IMG/VR virus record: IMGVR_UViG_3300020598_000120
Span: 1 to 50,972 of that record
DNA from: a virus
Taxonomy: Duplodnaviria > Caudoviricetes
Strand: one strand, 5' to 3'
Length of the DNA stretch: 50,972 nt
Below the pieces are notes generated by a model. It saw only the letters and a program-made list of their open reading frames with translations, was not told the DNA's origin and made no database searches. Position numbers and translations under genes: made by a program. Positions 1 to 8,162 of this stretch are shown here, piece after piece (positions within the stretch are counted from its first letter, which is position 1; each line of letters starts with the position of its first letter).

Positions 1-147
1 ATGGCGAGAGGATCAGAGATGGACGACCAGCCGTGCTATGATTTGACTAAAGTCGAGCCGCAGAGCCCTGTGCCGGCGGTCGTGTACCCCGGAGAGTGGG
101 AGCCAGACGAGATTGTGCCGCCCTCCGAGGGCGGCTCGCAGGACTGA
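1..147 (+). CDS. Small acidic hypothetical protein (48 aa)
   Basis: ATG at 1 to TGA at 145-147, MARGSEMDDQPCYDL...; no recognisable motif. Confidence 0.3.
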   Translation: MARGSEMDDQPCYDLTKVEPQSPVPAVVYPGEWEPDEIVPPSEGGSQD

Positions 148-150
148 CGC

Positions 151-1416
151 TTACCGCGTCCCCACGTTTTGCCGGGCCTCGCTGTGGTCCTCACGAGAGG
201 CCCGCACGGCCCGGCCGATTTGTGCGCCTTCGACGACATTGCCATCCGGCTGCACAGTGCCATCAAAGCTGTTGACCCATTCCCATTCTACTGCGCCGTC
301 CGAGACGCGCCCCTGGCCAGAGGGTGGGCGCATTCCGGTCACTCCTGAGGACCGAGCCACGTAGAGGTTCATGCCGGAATAGACATAGCGTCCGACACGC
401 ACAGCTACCCCCGGGCGCCAAGATTGGTAGGACGCTGCAGTTGTAAAAATGCCAACCTGCTGCGTCGGTTGAGACTGGTTGTCATCCACCACTACGTTGC
501 GAACGATATTGCGCTGGCCAACGCCTCCAAAGCCCTGACTGAATGAGACTCCTCCGCTCCAAGCCGGACGCACATTATGGCGTTGGGCATTGTTGGTGAA
601 CCGTCCGCCATCGAGCGTATTCCCAGAACCATAGAAGGCTATGCCGTTTCCAGCACAGCGATCTCCTGTGAGGTTGCGTAGCCGGTTGTTGCGACCTGTG
701 ATCGAATAGCAGTTGTCGCCCGTGTTCGCGGCCGAGCTCTCTTCTAGCGTGTTGTCATGCGTACGGGCCGTCATGCCGACGAGTTCAAGCCCGCTCTGGC
801 GAGTGCTCAAGCGGTACAGGCGGTTACCGTGAGATGTGCCGACGAGAATGACACCAAAGCCGACTTGACCGTCCAGGCGAGCACCATCCACTACGTTATC
901 ATAGCTGTCCTGGATCATGACCCCGTGCTGCCGGCTATCCGTTACCTCCAAATCCCGGATTGTCACGCCATGCGAGCCTTCGGCCAGTACTATACCGTCG
1001 CCCGGCCTGATGATGCGCAGCCTCTCCAGGCGGCCGTCAGTAGAGCCGCGCAAAGCAAGGGCTGCAGACTTCGGCGTACCCGTCGCGTCAAGAGTTAACC
1101 CAGAGATGGTGAACTTGCGCGATTCCTTATTTCCGCGGAAGACGTTGCCAGTTTGCTCCAACCTTAAAACCGGCTCGCCCTGCCCCTCTAGAATCAAATC
1201 GGGCGGTATGAGGAAGCTTCGTTTGACAGAGCACGTTGAGCCCTGCTGTTCGGCCCGCAGCAGGATAGGACGGGCATGGGCGTCGAAGGCCCTCTGCAGC
1301 GCTGCAGTCACGTCTTCGCCGTTAGCGCATGGCACGACCATCTCAGCAGCGTAGACGGAGAATGGGCAAAGCCCGAGTGCAGACGCAAGCAGGACAGAGC
1401 GGATGGTGAAGAGCAT
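151..1416 (-). CDS. Secreted right-handed parallel beta-helix (pectin-lyase-like) protein
   Basis: AGGAGG RBS before ATG 1416; signal-peptide-like N-terminus; 'DVTAALQRAFD' opening motif; many G/N/D-rich beta-helix repeats. Confidence 0.75.
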   Translation of the reverse strand: MLFTIRSVLLASALGLCPFSVYAAEMVVPCANGEDVTAALQRAFDAHARPILLRAEQQGSTCSVKRSFLIPPDLILEGQGEPVLRLEQTGNVFRGNKESRKFTISGLTLDATGTPKSAALALRGSTDGRLERLRIIRPGDGIVLAEGSHGVTIRDLEVTDSRQHGVMIQDSYDNVVDGARLDGQVGFGVILVGTSHGNRLYRLSTRQSGLELVGMTARTHDNTLEESSAANTGDNCYSITGRNNRLRNLTGDRCAGNGIAFYGSGNTLDGGRFTNNAQRHNVRPAWSGGVSFSQGFGGVGQRNIVRNVVVDDNQSQPTQQVGIFTTAASYQSWRPGVAVRVGRYVYSGMNLYVARSSGVTGMRPPSGQGRVSDGAVEWEWVNSFDGTVQPDGNVVEGAQIGRAVRASREDHSEARQNVGTR

Positions 1417-1435
1417 AATTGAGCCTCCTGCGTGC

Positions 1436-1471
1436 AATCCTATCGCCGGTTATAATCCTACCGCCGGTTAT
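1436..1471. repeat. 18-bp tandem direct repeat (AATCCTAYCGCCGGTTAT x2) upstream of the beta-helix gene
   Basis: Two adjacent copies with one mismatch, read directly from the sequence. Confidence 0.8.
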
Positions 1472-1805
1472 AAAGGCAATGAAGGCTGTATGAAGACCTC
1501 ATCGACGTGACAACTGCCTTTGGCTGTGGCCGCCCCCCGACAGAGCTTCGCCATAAAGCACTCGCCGAATTCTGGGAGGCGGCCGTAGGCAGATGCTTCC
1601 GTCGACGACGGGAATACTCAACTCTGCCACGATCAGCCTACAAGCCGCAGGAGTAGGCAGAAGTCATGACACAGCCACACGGCATGGCAGATATTTGTCT
1701 GGAGAGAAGCGACGCCAGCGGTGGCAGACGGGCTCTGGCATCGACAGGTCAGACCTATCCTATTGGGCGTCCTGAACCCTCCAGAGTTACCGTCGCAATG
1801 CCCTC

Positions 1806-3104
1806 TCAGGCGGCCGCGGTGACCGCCTGCAGCATGGCGTCGGGCAGCCGCGTGGCGTGGTAGTCGATCAGCTCGATCTCCCCGCAGGCGGCGCGGTCCA
1901 GGGCGCTGGAGGCATGCCCGACGAGCATGCGGCCCAGATTGCCGGGCGGGGTGATCGCCGCCGTCTGCACCGCCCCGCCGGAGAGGCAGAAGGCGAGCCC
2001 GCCGGGCGACCAGGCCAGGGCGGCGCGGAACGGCTGCCCGGCGGTGAGGCCGCCGCCGGCCAGGGCCGCGAGAGTGCTGCCGCCGCTGTCAGCGACGCCA
2101 TAGACCGTGGCGCCGCCCGAGGTGTTGCGGATGAGCAGCCGGTTCTGGTCGGTCCCGTCATCGATCTGCACCAGGCCCTGGCTGCTGCCGAAGGGCGCCG
2201 CTTGCGGCAGCATGGCCTTGAGAATGACCGTGCCTGAGGCCGCGAGACCACCCGCGGGAAGCCAGCTCGTGGCATCGGCCGAGCGTGTCGCCGCAGCCAG
2301 CGTGCCCAAGGGCGGCAGGATCGGGCTCGAGGGCGTGGCCGCATCCGCCTCCGACTGCGGGAAGAACACGTCGAGGGTGAAGTCCACCGATGCACCCGGC
2401 GTCCAGCCGAACATGTGGGCGCCGTGCACGATAGTTGGGTTGGTCGTCAGACTGCTTGGGAGAACAATGACACGCTCGGCACGCCGTAAGGCCGCCGTTG
2501 GCCTCGGTAGGGATGTGGCATCGTTCACCACCAGCGAGAAACCAGGCGAGTTGTTGCCCGCGATTATCCTAATCTGGAAGGCCAGCCCTGCCGGCCAAGT
2601 GCCGTCAACAAGGCGGTAGAAGAATGAATGTGCGCGCGTTTCGTTGGCCGAGCAGGCATTGGTGGTCCGGCTATCGAATTCAATACTCTCCGCCGCGTTG
2701 CCACCGCCGGCAACCGTACCGTGTAGCCGCAGCCGCACGCCGGTCATCCCGACATAACTGGCCGGGGATAGATCCAACGTGAGGCCTGAGGTGTGGTTCG
2801 GCATCCACCAAAACGTCGGCAGCAAGCTCGATGCACTGTATCCCGACGGGACAGAGGCGGTGCCACAGCCTTCTGCGCGTGGGTTACGAATAGCGTTGGT
2901 GCGCCGGCCTTCCACCAGCAGGCGTTGCGCGACCCCCTGGAAGCGGGGCATGTTGGCTGCCGCCTCTTGCCAGACGAGAGACGTGTCTTGGGCCAAGGCT
3001 GCGCCAGAGCGGGCAGTGGTGCTCCGTCCAGCATAGCCCGGACCTAGAAGGCGAAGGGCCGGCGCGCTGGCCAGCCCTGCCGGGGAAAGCGTGGAGAAAA
3101 ACAC
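1806..3104 (-). CDS. Phage spike/fibre-like protein with C-terminal concanavalin A/LamG-like domain
   Basis: 'PRF...LLVEGRRTNAIRNPRAEG' and 'AATRSAD' motifs typical of head-spike/fibre proteins; ends in 'RLPDAMLQAVT'. Confidence 0.6.
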   Translation of the reverse strand: MFFSTLSPAGLASAPALRLLGPGYAGRSTTARSGAALAQDTSLVWQEAAANMPRFQGVAQRLLVEGRRTNAIRNPRAEGCGTASVPSGYSASSLLPTFWWMPNHTSGLTLDLSPASYVGMTGVRLRLHGTVAGGGNAAESIEFDSRTTNACSANETRAHSFFYRLVDGTWPAGLAFQIRIIAGNNSPGFSLVVNDATSLPRPTAALRRAERVIVLPSSLTTNPTIVHGAHMFGWTPGASVDFTLDVFFPQSEADAATPSSPILPPLGTLAAATRSADATSWLPAGGLAASGTVILKAMLPQAAPFGSSQGLVQIDDGTDQNRLLIRNTSGGATVYGVADSGGSTLAALAGGGLTAGQPFRAALAWSPGGLAFCLSGGAVQTAAITPPGNLGRMLVGHASSALDRAACGEIELIDYHATRLPDAMLQAVTAAA

Positions 3105-3105
3105 G

Positions 3106-3300
3106 TCAGTGCGCCCCCGCCGCTGCTAGTCGATTGATTTCTGCCAATGCTGGCAACCCCCGCAGGTGGTTCTTCACACCTGCGAAGCAGTCCGTCGGAG
3201 GCACCACGGCCAGAGCCTGACGCATGGCCCAGAGCCAGAGGACGAAGCAGTTCTTGCTGGCGAACGCCAATAGGGATGACGAGTCAGGTGACATACACAT
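3106..3300 (-). CDS. Hypothetical protein (64 aa), coupled to the fibre-like gene
   Basis: CAGGAG RBS upstream; stop lies 1 nt from the next start. Confidence 0.5.
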   Translation of the reverse strand: MCMSPDSSSLLAFASKNCFVLWLWAMRQALAVVPPTDCFAGVKNHLRGLPALAEINRLAAAGAH

Positions 3301-3534
3301 CTCCTGATAGGAAGCGAACGGGGGGGCAGCGGTTCAGGAGGCGCTGCTAGCCCGGCGGGAGCGCGCGAAGCGCCACTCGTCCAAGCGACAGGCCGGGCGG
3401 TGAGGGAGAAGCAACGAACGGGCGCAAGAACCGACTAGGCGCACTTAGCCCGCTGTTGTGATAGGAATATATATCTATTACTGCCCCAAAATCAAGAACA
3501 AAATCCTGTCCCAGAGGCCGGCCGCAAAAACGAC

Positions 3535-3574
3535 AAAACCGCCCGCCAGGTCCTAGGACCCAGCGGGCGGCTTT
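3535..3574 (-). terminator. Rho-independent terminator ending the late/lysis operon
   Basis: Minus strand CCGCCCGCTGGGTCCTAGGACCTGGCGGGCGG hairpin followed by TTTTGTCGTTTTT. Confidence 0.8.
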
Positions 3575-3592
3575 GCTTCAGATCGACCAGCG

Positions 3593-3745
3593 TCATCCCC
3601 GGCCCGCCAGCAGCAGCACGATCAGCACCAACAGCAGGATGCCGAGCAGCCCTGAGGGGCCGTAGCCCCACCCAGCATTCCAACCCCAGGTCGGCAGCGC
3701 CCCGACCAGCAGCAGCACCAGGATGACCAGGAGGATGGTGTTCAC
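3593..3745 (-). CDS. DUF3309-family small membrane protein (50 aa; not in ORF track)
   Basis: MNTILLVILVLLLVGALPTWGWNAGWGYGPSGLLGILLLVLIVLLLAGRG; GALPTW...WGYGPSG signature; GTGA overlap with the GH26 stop. Confidence 0.85.
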   Translation of the reverse strand: MNTILLVILVLLLVGALPTWGWNAGWGYGPSGLLGILLLVLIVLLLAGRG

Positions 3746-5217
3746 CCCGCCGCCTCCCGGATCACGGCCAGCCGCCGCTCCGCCTCTGCCCGCGCGGCCT
3801 GTTCGGCGGCCAGTTGCTGCTGGAGGGCCGCGACCTGCTCCTTCAGGACCTCGACCTCGGCGTTCGGCTGCTCGGCCGGGGGCTCCTCGGTGGGCGACTC
3901 CTGATCGTCCGGCACAGGCGCAGGGCCAGCGATTTCAGCGGCCTTGGCGCCCCAGGCGTCCACCTGGTCAATGGCGGCTTGCGGCCAGCCCGCCTTGCTG
4001 ACGGCGGCCAGGTCACGGATCAGGGCAGCCGCGGCGCGTGGATCGGTCTCGCTGCCTTCCTTCGCCGGGCCCGTCTTGCCCGCCCAGGAGCGGGCGGCGA
4101 GGGGATGAAAGGCGCGATCCTCGATAGCCGCATAGGTCGCGAGCACCTGGTCCGGATAAGCCTTGGTGCTGGTCACGCGGAAAGCGCCGCCATTGACGTT
4201 GGCCAGCCAGTCGAGAATGGCCGCATCGGGGTCGGTCGGCTGCGGCGGCGGGGTCGTCGTGCCGCCGCCGGTCTCGGCCGGCTGCTCGGGGATGGGGATT
4301 GGGGTGGTGTCGCCCCTCTGCGGCAGGTAGGTCATGCCGAACAGTTCCACGAAGGCCGTACGGCTGTCCTCGGCGGCGGGGTTGTCGCTCAGTCGGCCAT
4401 CCGTGTCCTTGTCGCAGTCCCAGTAGCCGGCGGCGCAGTACTCCCGGTCGATGAAGTGCTGCCGCATGCGCTGGAGGTAGGAGCGCCCCACTTTGGTGTC
4501 GCCCGGGATAGCCCACTCGCTGGCCTCTTTCATCTTGCCGTGCGCGTCGGCGAAGTCGGCCTGCCACTTGAGCCCAAACCGGGCGCCATAGATCTTTCCC
4601 CAGGCGGTGTCCGGGTCGGTCGTCTCCCACTGGTGCTTCCAATAGTGGTCCATGCCGATCACATCGACATACGCATCACCGGGATAGAAGCTCTCGACGT
4701 TCAGGCCGCCGGCTGCATAGTTCGGGCACCAGATGTGCTCAAAGAGCCCGGGCGCCACCTTCTCGAAAGCCGCATGGCGCTGCCGCCAGCTTTCGATGAT
4801 CTGCTGCCGCTTGGCGTCCGACCACTTCCAGTAGAAGCCGATGTTGCCTTCCCAGTCGCCTCGCACGCTGATCTTGCCGCGGTCATTTCGCGGGGCCTCG
4901 GCCTTGAGCTGCTGCGCCTGGTTGGCCCACTCCTTGGCGTACTCGCCCCGCGCCGCGGCGTCCACGTTGCCGTCCTTGGGGAAGATCGCGATGGAGAAGC
5001 TGATCCACCGCTTGAAGGGAAGCTTCCCGCCGCGCCAGTCCTCCTTGAGGTTGCGGCCCAGGAACTTGTCATCCCAGAGCCAGCGGACATTTGCCCAGCC
5101 AGCTCGGTTGTCCATGATCGTGCCCATGATCCAGGCGCAGGGCGCCCCGTTCATGGCATCGAAGCGGTTCGTGTTCGCCGGGTTGTTGTCGCCATAGACG
5201 CCGAGTGCGCAGCGCAT
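3742..5217 (-). CDS. Glycoside hydrolase family 26-like protein with Pro/Thr linker and C-terminal coiled coil
   Basis: 'R-G-D-WEGN...YWKW', 'WCPN', 'YPGDAYVDVIGMDHY' and 'SEW' motifs; AAGGAG RBS. Confidence 0.8.
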   Translation of the reverse strand: MRCALGVYGDNNPANTNRFDAMNGAPCAWIMGTIMDNRAGWANVRWLWDDKFLGRNLKEDWRGGKLPFKRWISFSIAIFPKDGNVDAAARGEYAKEWANQAQQLKAEAPRNDRGKISVRGDWEGNIGFYWKWSDAKRQQIIESWRQRHAAFEKVAPGLFEHIWCPNYAAGGLNVESFYPGDAYVDVIGMDHYWKHQWETTDPDTAWGKIYGARFGLKWQADFADAHGKMKEASEWAIPGDTKVGRSYLQRMRQHFIDREYCAAGYWDCDKDTDGRLSDNPAAEDSRTAFVELFGMTYLPQRGDTTPIPIPEQPAETGGGTTTPPPQPTDPDAAILDWLANVNGGAFRVTSTKAYPDQVLATYAAIEDRAFHPLAARSWAGKTGPAKEGSETDPRAAAALIRDLAAVSKAGWPQAAIDQVDAWGAKAAEIAGPAPVPDDQESPTEEPPAEQPNAEVEVLKEQVAALQQQLAAEQAARAEAERRLAVIREAAG

Positions 5218-5247
5218 GGGGAAGGCTCCTTAATGCGGGGAGGTAGG

Positions 5248-5301
5248 AGGCCGTGTCCCATTTCGCCGCATCATTCGAGGGCGCAAAATGGGACACGGCC
5301 T
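5248..5301. repeat. Perfect 16-bp inverted repeat with 22-nt spacer between lysin and GH26
   Basis: AGGCCGTGTCCCATTT (5248-5263) and AAATGGGACACGGCCT (5286-5301). Confidence 0.85.
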
Positions 5302-5310
5302 GGGGATGGA

Positions 5311-5826
5311 TCACGCCGTCTCAGCCGCCACGGCGATGGAGGCGGCCAGCCAGTTCCGGGGCCATTCCTCTGGCCTCGGCTGTCCCGGTCGCCATAGGCG
5401 CTCGAGGTAGCAGCGCCATGCGGCGCCTTCCTCGGTCGGAATCGGATGGGGGTCGGTGAGCAGCAGAAGCCGCGCCAGGCCATGCGCCAGGGCGTCGTGC
5501 CACTCGATGGCGCGCCAGATCGCCATCTCGTCGGGCGCCACGCCGGAGGCGGTATAGAGCGCGGTGCGCTTGGCGATGATGCTGGGTGCCCTGAACTGCA
5601 GCACGCCTTGCACCATTCCGCCGGTGCGCTCGCCCTGCCAGAAGCTGCGGGCCGGGCCTGGTGCGCCGCTGCGGGTGATCTGCGCCCGGTGGGTGCACTG
5701 GCTCTCCTGCAGCGCGACCGCCAAGAGGAAGCGGTCGCTGCCCAGGCTGAACGGGATGCCGGCTTCGCGCTGGCACCACGCCGCCGTCGGCCGCATCACC
5801 CCGTGAAGGAAGGCGGCCGGGGTCAT
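5311..5826 (-). CDS. Putative endolysin (lysozyme-like fold)
   Basis: 'LLAVALQES..HRAQ...GPARSFWQGE.GG...YLERLWRPGQP' pattern seen in phage lysin-like proteins; adjacent to holin-like gene. Confidence 0.65.
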   Translation of the reverse strand: MTPAAFLHGVMRPTAAWCQREAGIPFSLGSDRFLLAVALQESQCTHRAQITRSGAPGPARSFWQGERTGGMVQGVLQFRAPSIIAKRTALYTASGVAPDEMAIWRAIEWHDALAHGLARLLLLTDPHPIPTEEGAAWRCYLERLWRPGQPRPEEWPRNWLAASIAVAAETA

Positions 5827-6416
5827 CGGTTGGTGCTCCGGGCCGCCTCATAGGAGGCGTCATTCAGCGAGTTGGTGGATCGGGCCGGATCGGCGGGAAG
5901 GACGAGAGGGGACGCCGGCAGAGCCAGCACCGGTGCGGTCGCGGCCAGTGCGTCCAGCCGATCATTCGCGGCCTTCGAGGCGGTCGAGTTCCCGAAGAAG
6001 AACTGCTGCACGGCGCCCAGCACGCCTGAGACGCTGGCAAACAGGGTGGAGAAGACCACCTCATTGCCGGCGGGCAGGCCATTGAAGGCCAGCCGAAGCG
6101 CCATGGCGCCCCAGATGCCGAGCACGATGGCCGCGCCCGTCACCTGCGCCCAGGCGATGAGCTTGTTCTGCGCCCCAACCTGCCGCGCGCTGGCCCGGTC
6201 GGCATACTCGGCCTGGAGCTGCTGGAGCGCGATCTGCGCGAGCGCCTTCCGCAGCTCGGCTTGCTGGTCAGGAGGCAAGTTCTTGATCTTGTCCGGATCA
6301 CTGGTCCCGGCGATGGCTTCAGCGGCGGCAGTCGCCACTCCAGCCGCCTTGTCGCCGGCCAGCAGGCGGATCAGCTCGGGCGCCAAGCCGAGTGCAGCCG
6401 CGATCAGCGCGCCCAT
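5823..6416 (-). CDS. Putative holin (3TM-like)
   Basis: N-terminal hydrophobic helix, 'EYADRASAR', two TM helices ending 'QFFFGNS'; ATGA overlap with lysin. Confidence 0.65.
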   Translation of the reverse strand: MGALIAAALGLAPELIRLLAGDKAAGVATAAAEAIAGTSDPDKIKNLPPDQQAELRKALAQIALQQLQAEYADRASARQVGAQNKLIAWAQVTGAAIVLGIWGAMALRLAFNGLPAGNEVVFSTLFASVSGVLGAVQQFFFGNSTASKAANDRLDALAATAPVLALPASPLVLPADPARSTNSLNDASYEAARSTNR

Positions 6417-6543
6417 GCGCGACCATCCATGGTGTGTCTCCAGGTGCTTGAGGTTCAAGATCAACTTTCGGGGAAGATCGGCGCGCTTTAGCTGCCTCGA
6501 TCTACGGTTGCGCAACCGGATTCAACTGAACTACGGGACGTGC

Positions 6544-6771
6544 ATGAGCATCGCCGCAGACGAATCGGCCCTATCCCACGATGCGGTGGCTCAAGCAGCT
6601 GTCGCAGCCTCGAAGCCGCGTTGGGCGCGAATACTCCTGGCCTTTTTGGCAGAAGTGATCGACAAGGCGGTCTTCCCGGCGGCCGTTCTGTCAGAGCGGG
6701 CGAGGCTTCGACTGGGCGTCCTCTTCGATTGGATCGATCGCCAACGCCACGAAGCCGAACGCTCTCGGTAG
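6544..6771 (+). CDS. Hypothetical protein (75 aa), opposite strand within the lysis region
   Basis: Fills the gap between minus-strand genes; no motif. Confidence 0.35.
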   Translation: MSIAADESALSHDAVAQAAVAASKPRWARILLAFLAEVIDKAVFPAAVLSERARLRLGVLFDWIDRQRHEAERSR

Positions 6772-6810
6772 CACTCGCAACACCCGCAGCTGGTGAAAGC
6801 CCGGCCCTAC

Positions 6811-7227
6811 TCAGTCCGGCTTGCGTAGTGGCGGCAGAGGCGGCATCGGCTGAGGTGGGTCCGCCCCAAGCTTGCCGGCAGCGTATGCAGCCATGAGACG
6901 ATCGTTGCACTCATGGCGGAAGTCTCGCATCCGGTCGTGCTCTTCGCGAGCGATCTCAGCCCAGGCGATGGCCTGTTTGTCGGACTTGGCGATTTCGGCC
7001 TCCGCAGCGCGCAGGAGATCGCGCACCGTGTCGTTGTCGGCCTTCATCCGGTCCCAAAGCTCTTTGCTGCGGGTAAACTCTGAGTCTTCCGTCTGTCGCG
7101 CCGCATCACGCTGGCGCTGGCGCTCCGTCAGAAACATGGTCGCCCAAGCTACTCCGCCCGTGCCGAACACCGCCGTCAGGACCACACTGATCCAGCTCGC
7201 GCCCACAGCAAGCTCATTCCCCACCAA
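6811..7227 (-). CDS. Membrane-anchored coiled-coil protein (lysis accessory, possibly i-spanin-like)
   Basis: N-terminal TM helix, charged helical region, Pro-rich tail; GAGGAGG RBS. Confidence 0.5.
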   Translation of the reverse strand: MVGNELAVGASWISVVLTAVFGTGGVAWATMFLTERQRQRDAARQTEDSEFTRSKELWDRMKADNDTVRDLLRAAEAEIAKSDKQAIAWAEIAREEHDRMRDFRHECNDRLMAAYAAGKLGADPPQPMPPLPPLRKPD

Positions 7228-7645
7228 GAGTGTACCTCCTCGTCACGCGAATGAGCGAGAACCAGGACATCAACCACATCGCGATGCTGGCACTGCTGAG
7301 ATACGGGATGGGGCCAGTTGGCGGCGTCAGCACCAAGATGGAGACGCTGAGCCAGAAAACGCCCTGGAGGAATGCAGCCGGCAGGCGCCAGGAGACGCGC
7401 CGCACCATCAGCGCCACGACATGCCCGCAGGTCAGGGTGGCAGTGAATGAGGTCATCATCAGATCGGTGATCGGCGGGTTGATCCGCGAGAACATCGACC
7501 GATCCGTGACGCCGGCGCTTCCGGTCAGGTCGATGACGGTCCAGATGGCCAGCGCCAGGATGCAGGTCGCATCCGCCCAGGCGCTGTCCTGCTGCCACAC
7601 CCAACGTAGCCGCTGCTTCAGGATGCGGGCCATGTCTCGGATCAT
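7214..7645 (-). CDS. Multi-pass membrane protein
   Basis: About four hydrophobic segments from MIRDMARIL...; overlaps next gene. Confidence 0.55.
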   Translation of the reverse strand: MIRDMARILKQRLRWVWQQDSAWADATCILALAIWTVIDLTGSAGVTDRSMFSRINPPITDLMMTSFTATLTCGHVVALMVRRVSWRLPAAFLQGVFWLSVSILVLTPPTGPIPYLSSASIAMWLMSWFSLIRVTRRYTLGGE

Positions 7646-7733
7646 CCTATCCACACCAGATGTGAAGGGAGGACGGGAGGCAAGTGCACCAGCCTCCGCA
7701 GCCAGTGGCGGATGGAGTGGAGAAGGGCCATGG

Positions 7734-8147
7734 CTAGACGATCTGCGCTGCCTTGCTAGCAGCACGTTCGGCCTCCTGCCGATCGGCAGCCGCTGCCGCT
7801 TCGCGGTCGACCTCAGCTGTCGCCCTCGCCTCCGCCTCAGCCTCGGTGACAGCATGGTAGGCATCCGTCGCCACGTAGGCGAGCTGCTGGCGCGCCTCTT
7901 CGGCTTCTGCCTTCGCCGCCTCAGCTGCGGCCAGGGCCTTGAGGTGCGCCTCGTCGAGGGCAGCATCGAGTGTGACACCCTCCTCGCCCAGCCGGTCTAG
8001 GGGGATCTGCTTGCCTTCCCGCTGCGCCAGAATGCTGCCGTCGTCATCAACAACGGTGTCCATCATGGTGAGATGGGCGCCCTGGTAGCCGCCTGTCAGC
8101 GGGTCAAACCGAACCAGCAGCTCATAGGGGTGTGTGATCTTTTCCAT
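7734..8147 (-). CDS. Hypothetical phage protein downstream of the tailspike
   Basis: GGAG RBS, typical codon usage, helical C-terminus. Confidence 0.65.
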   Translation of the reverse strand: MEKITHPYELLVRFDPLTGGYQGAHLTMMDTVVDDDGSILAQREGKQIPLDRLGEEGVTLDAALDEAHLKALAAAEAAKAEAEEARQQLAYVATDAYHAVTEAEAEARATAEVDREAAAAADRQEAERAASKAAQIV

Positions 8148-8162
8148 GCTGCGCTCCAGATA

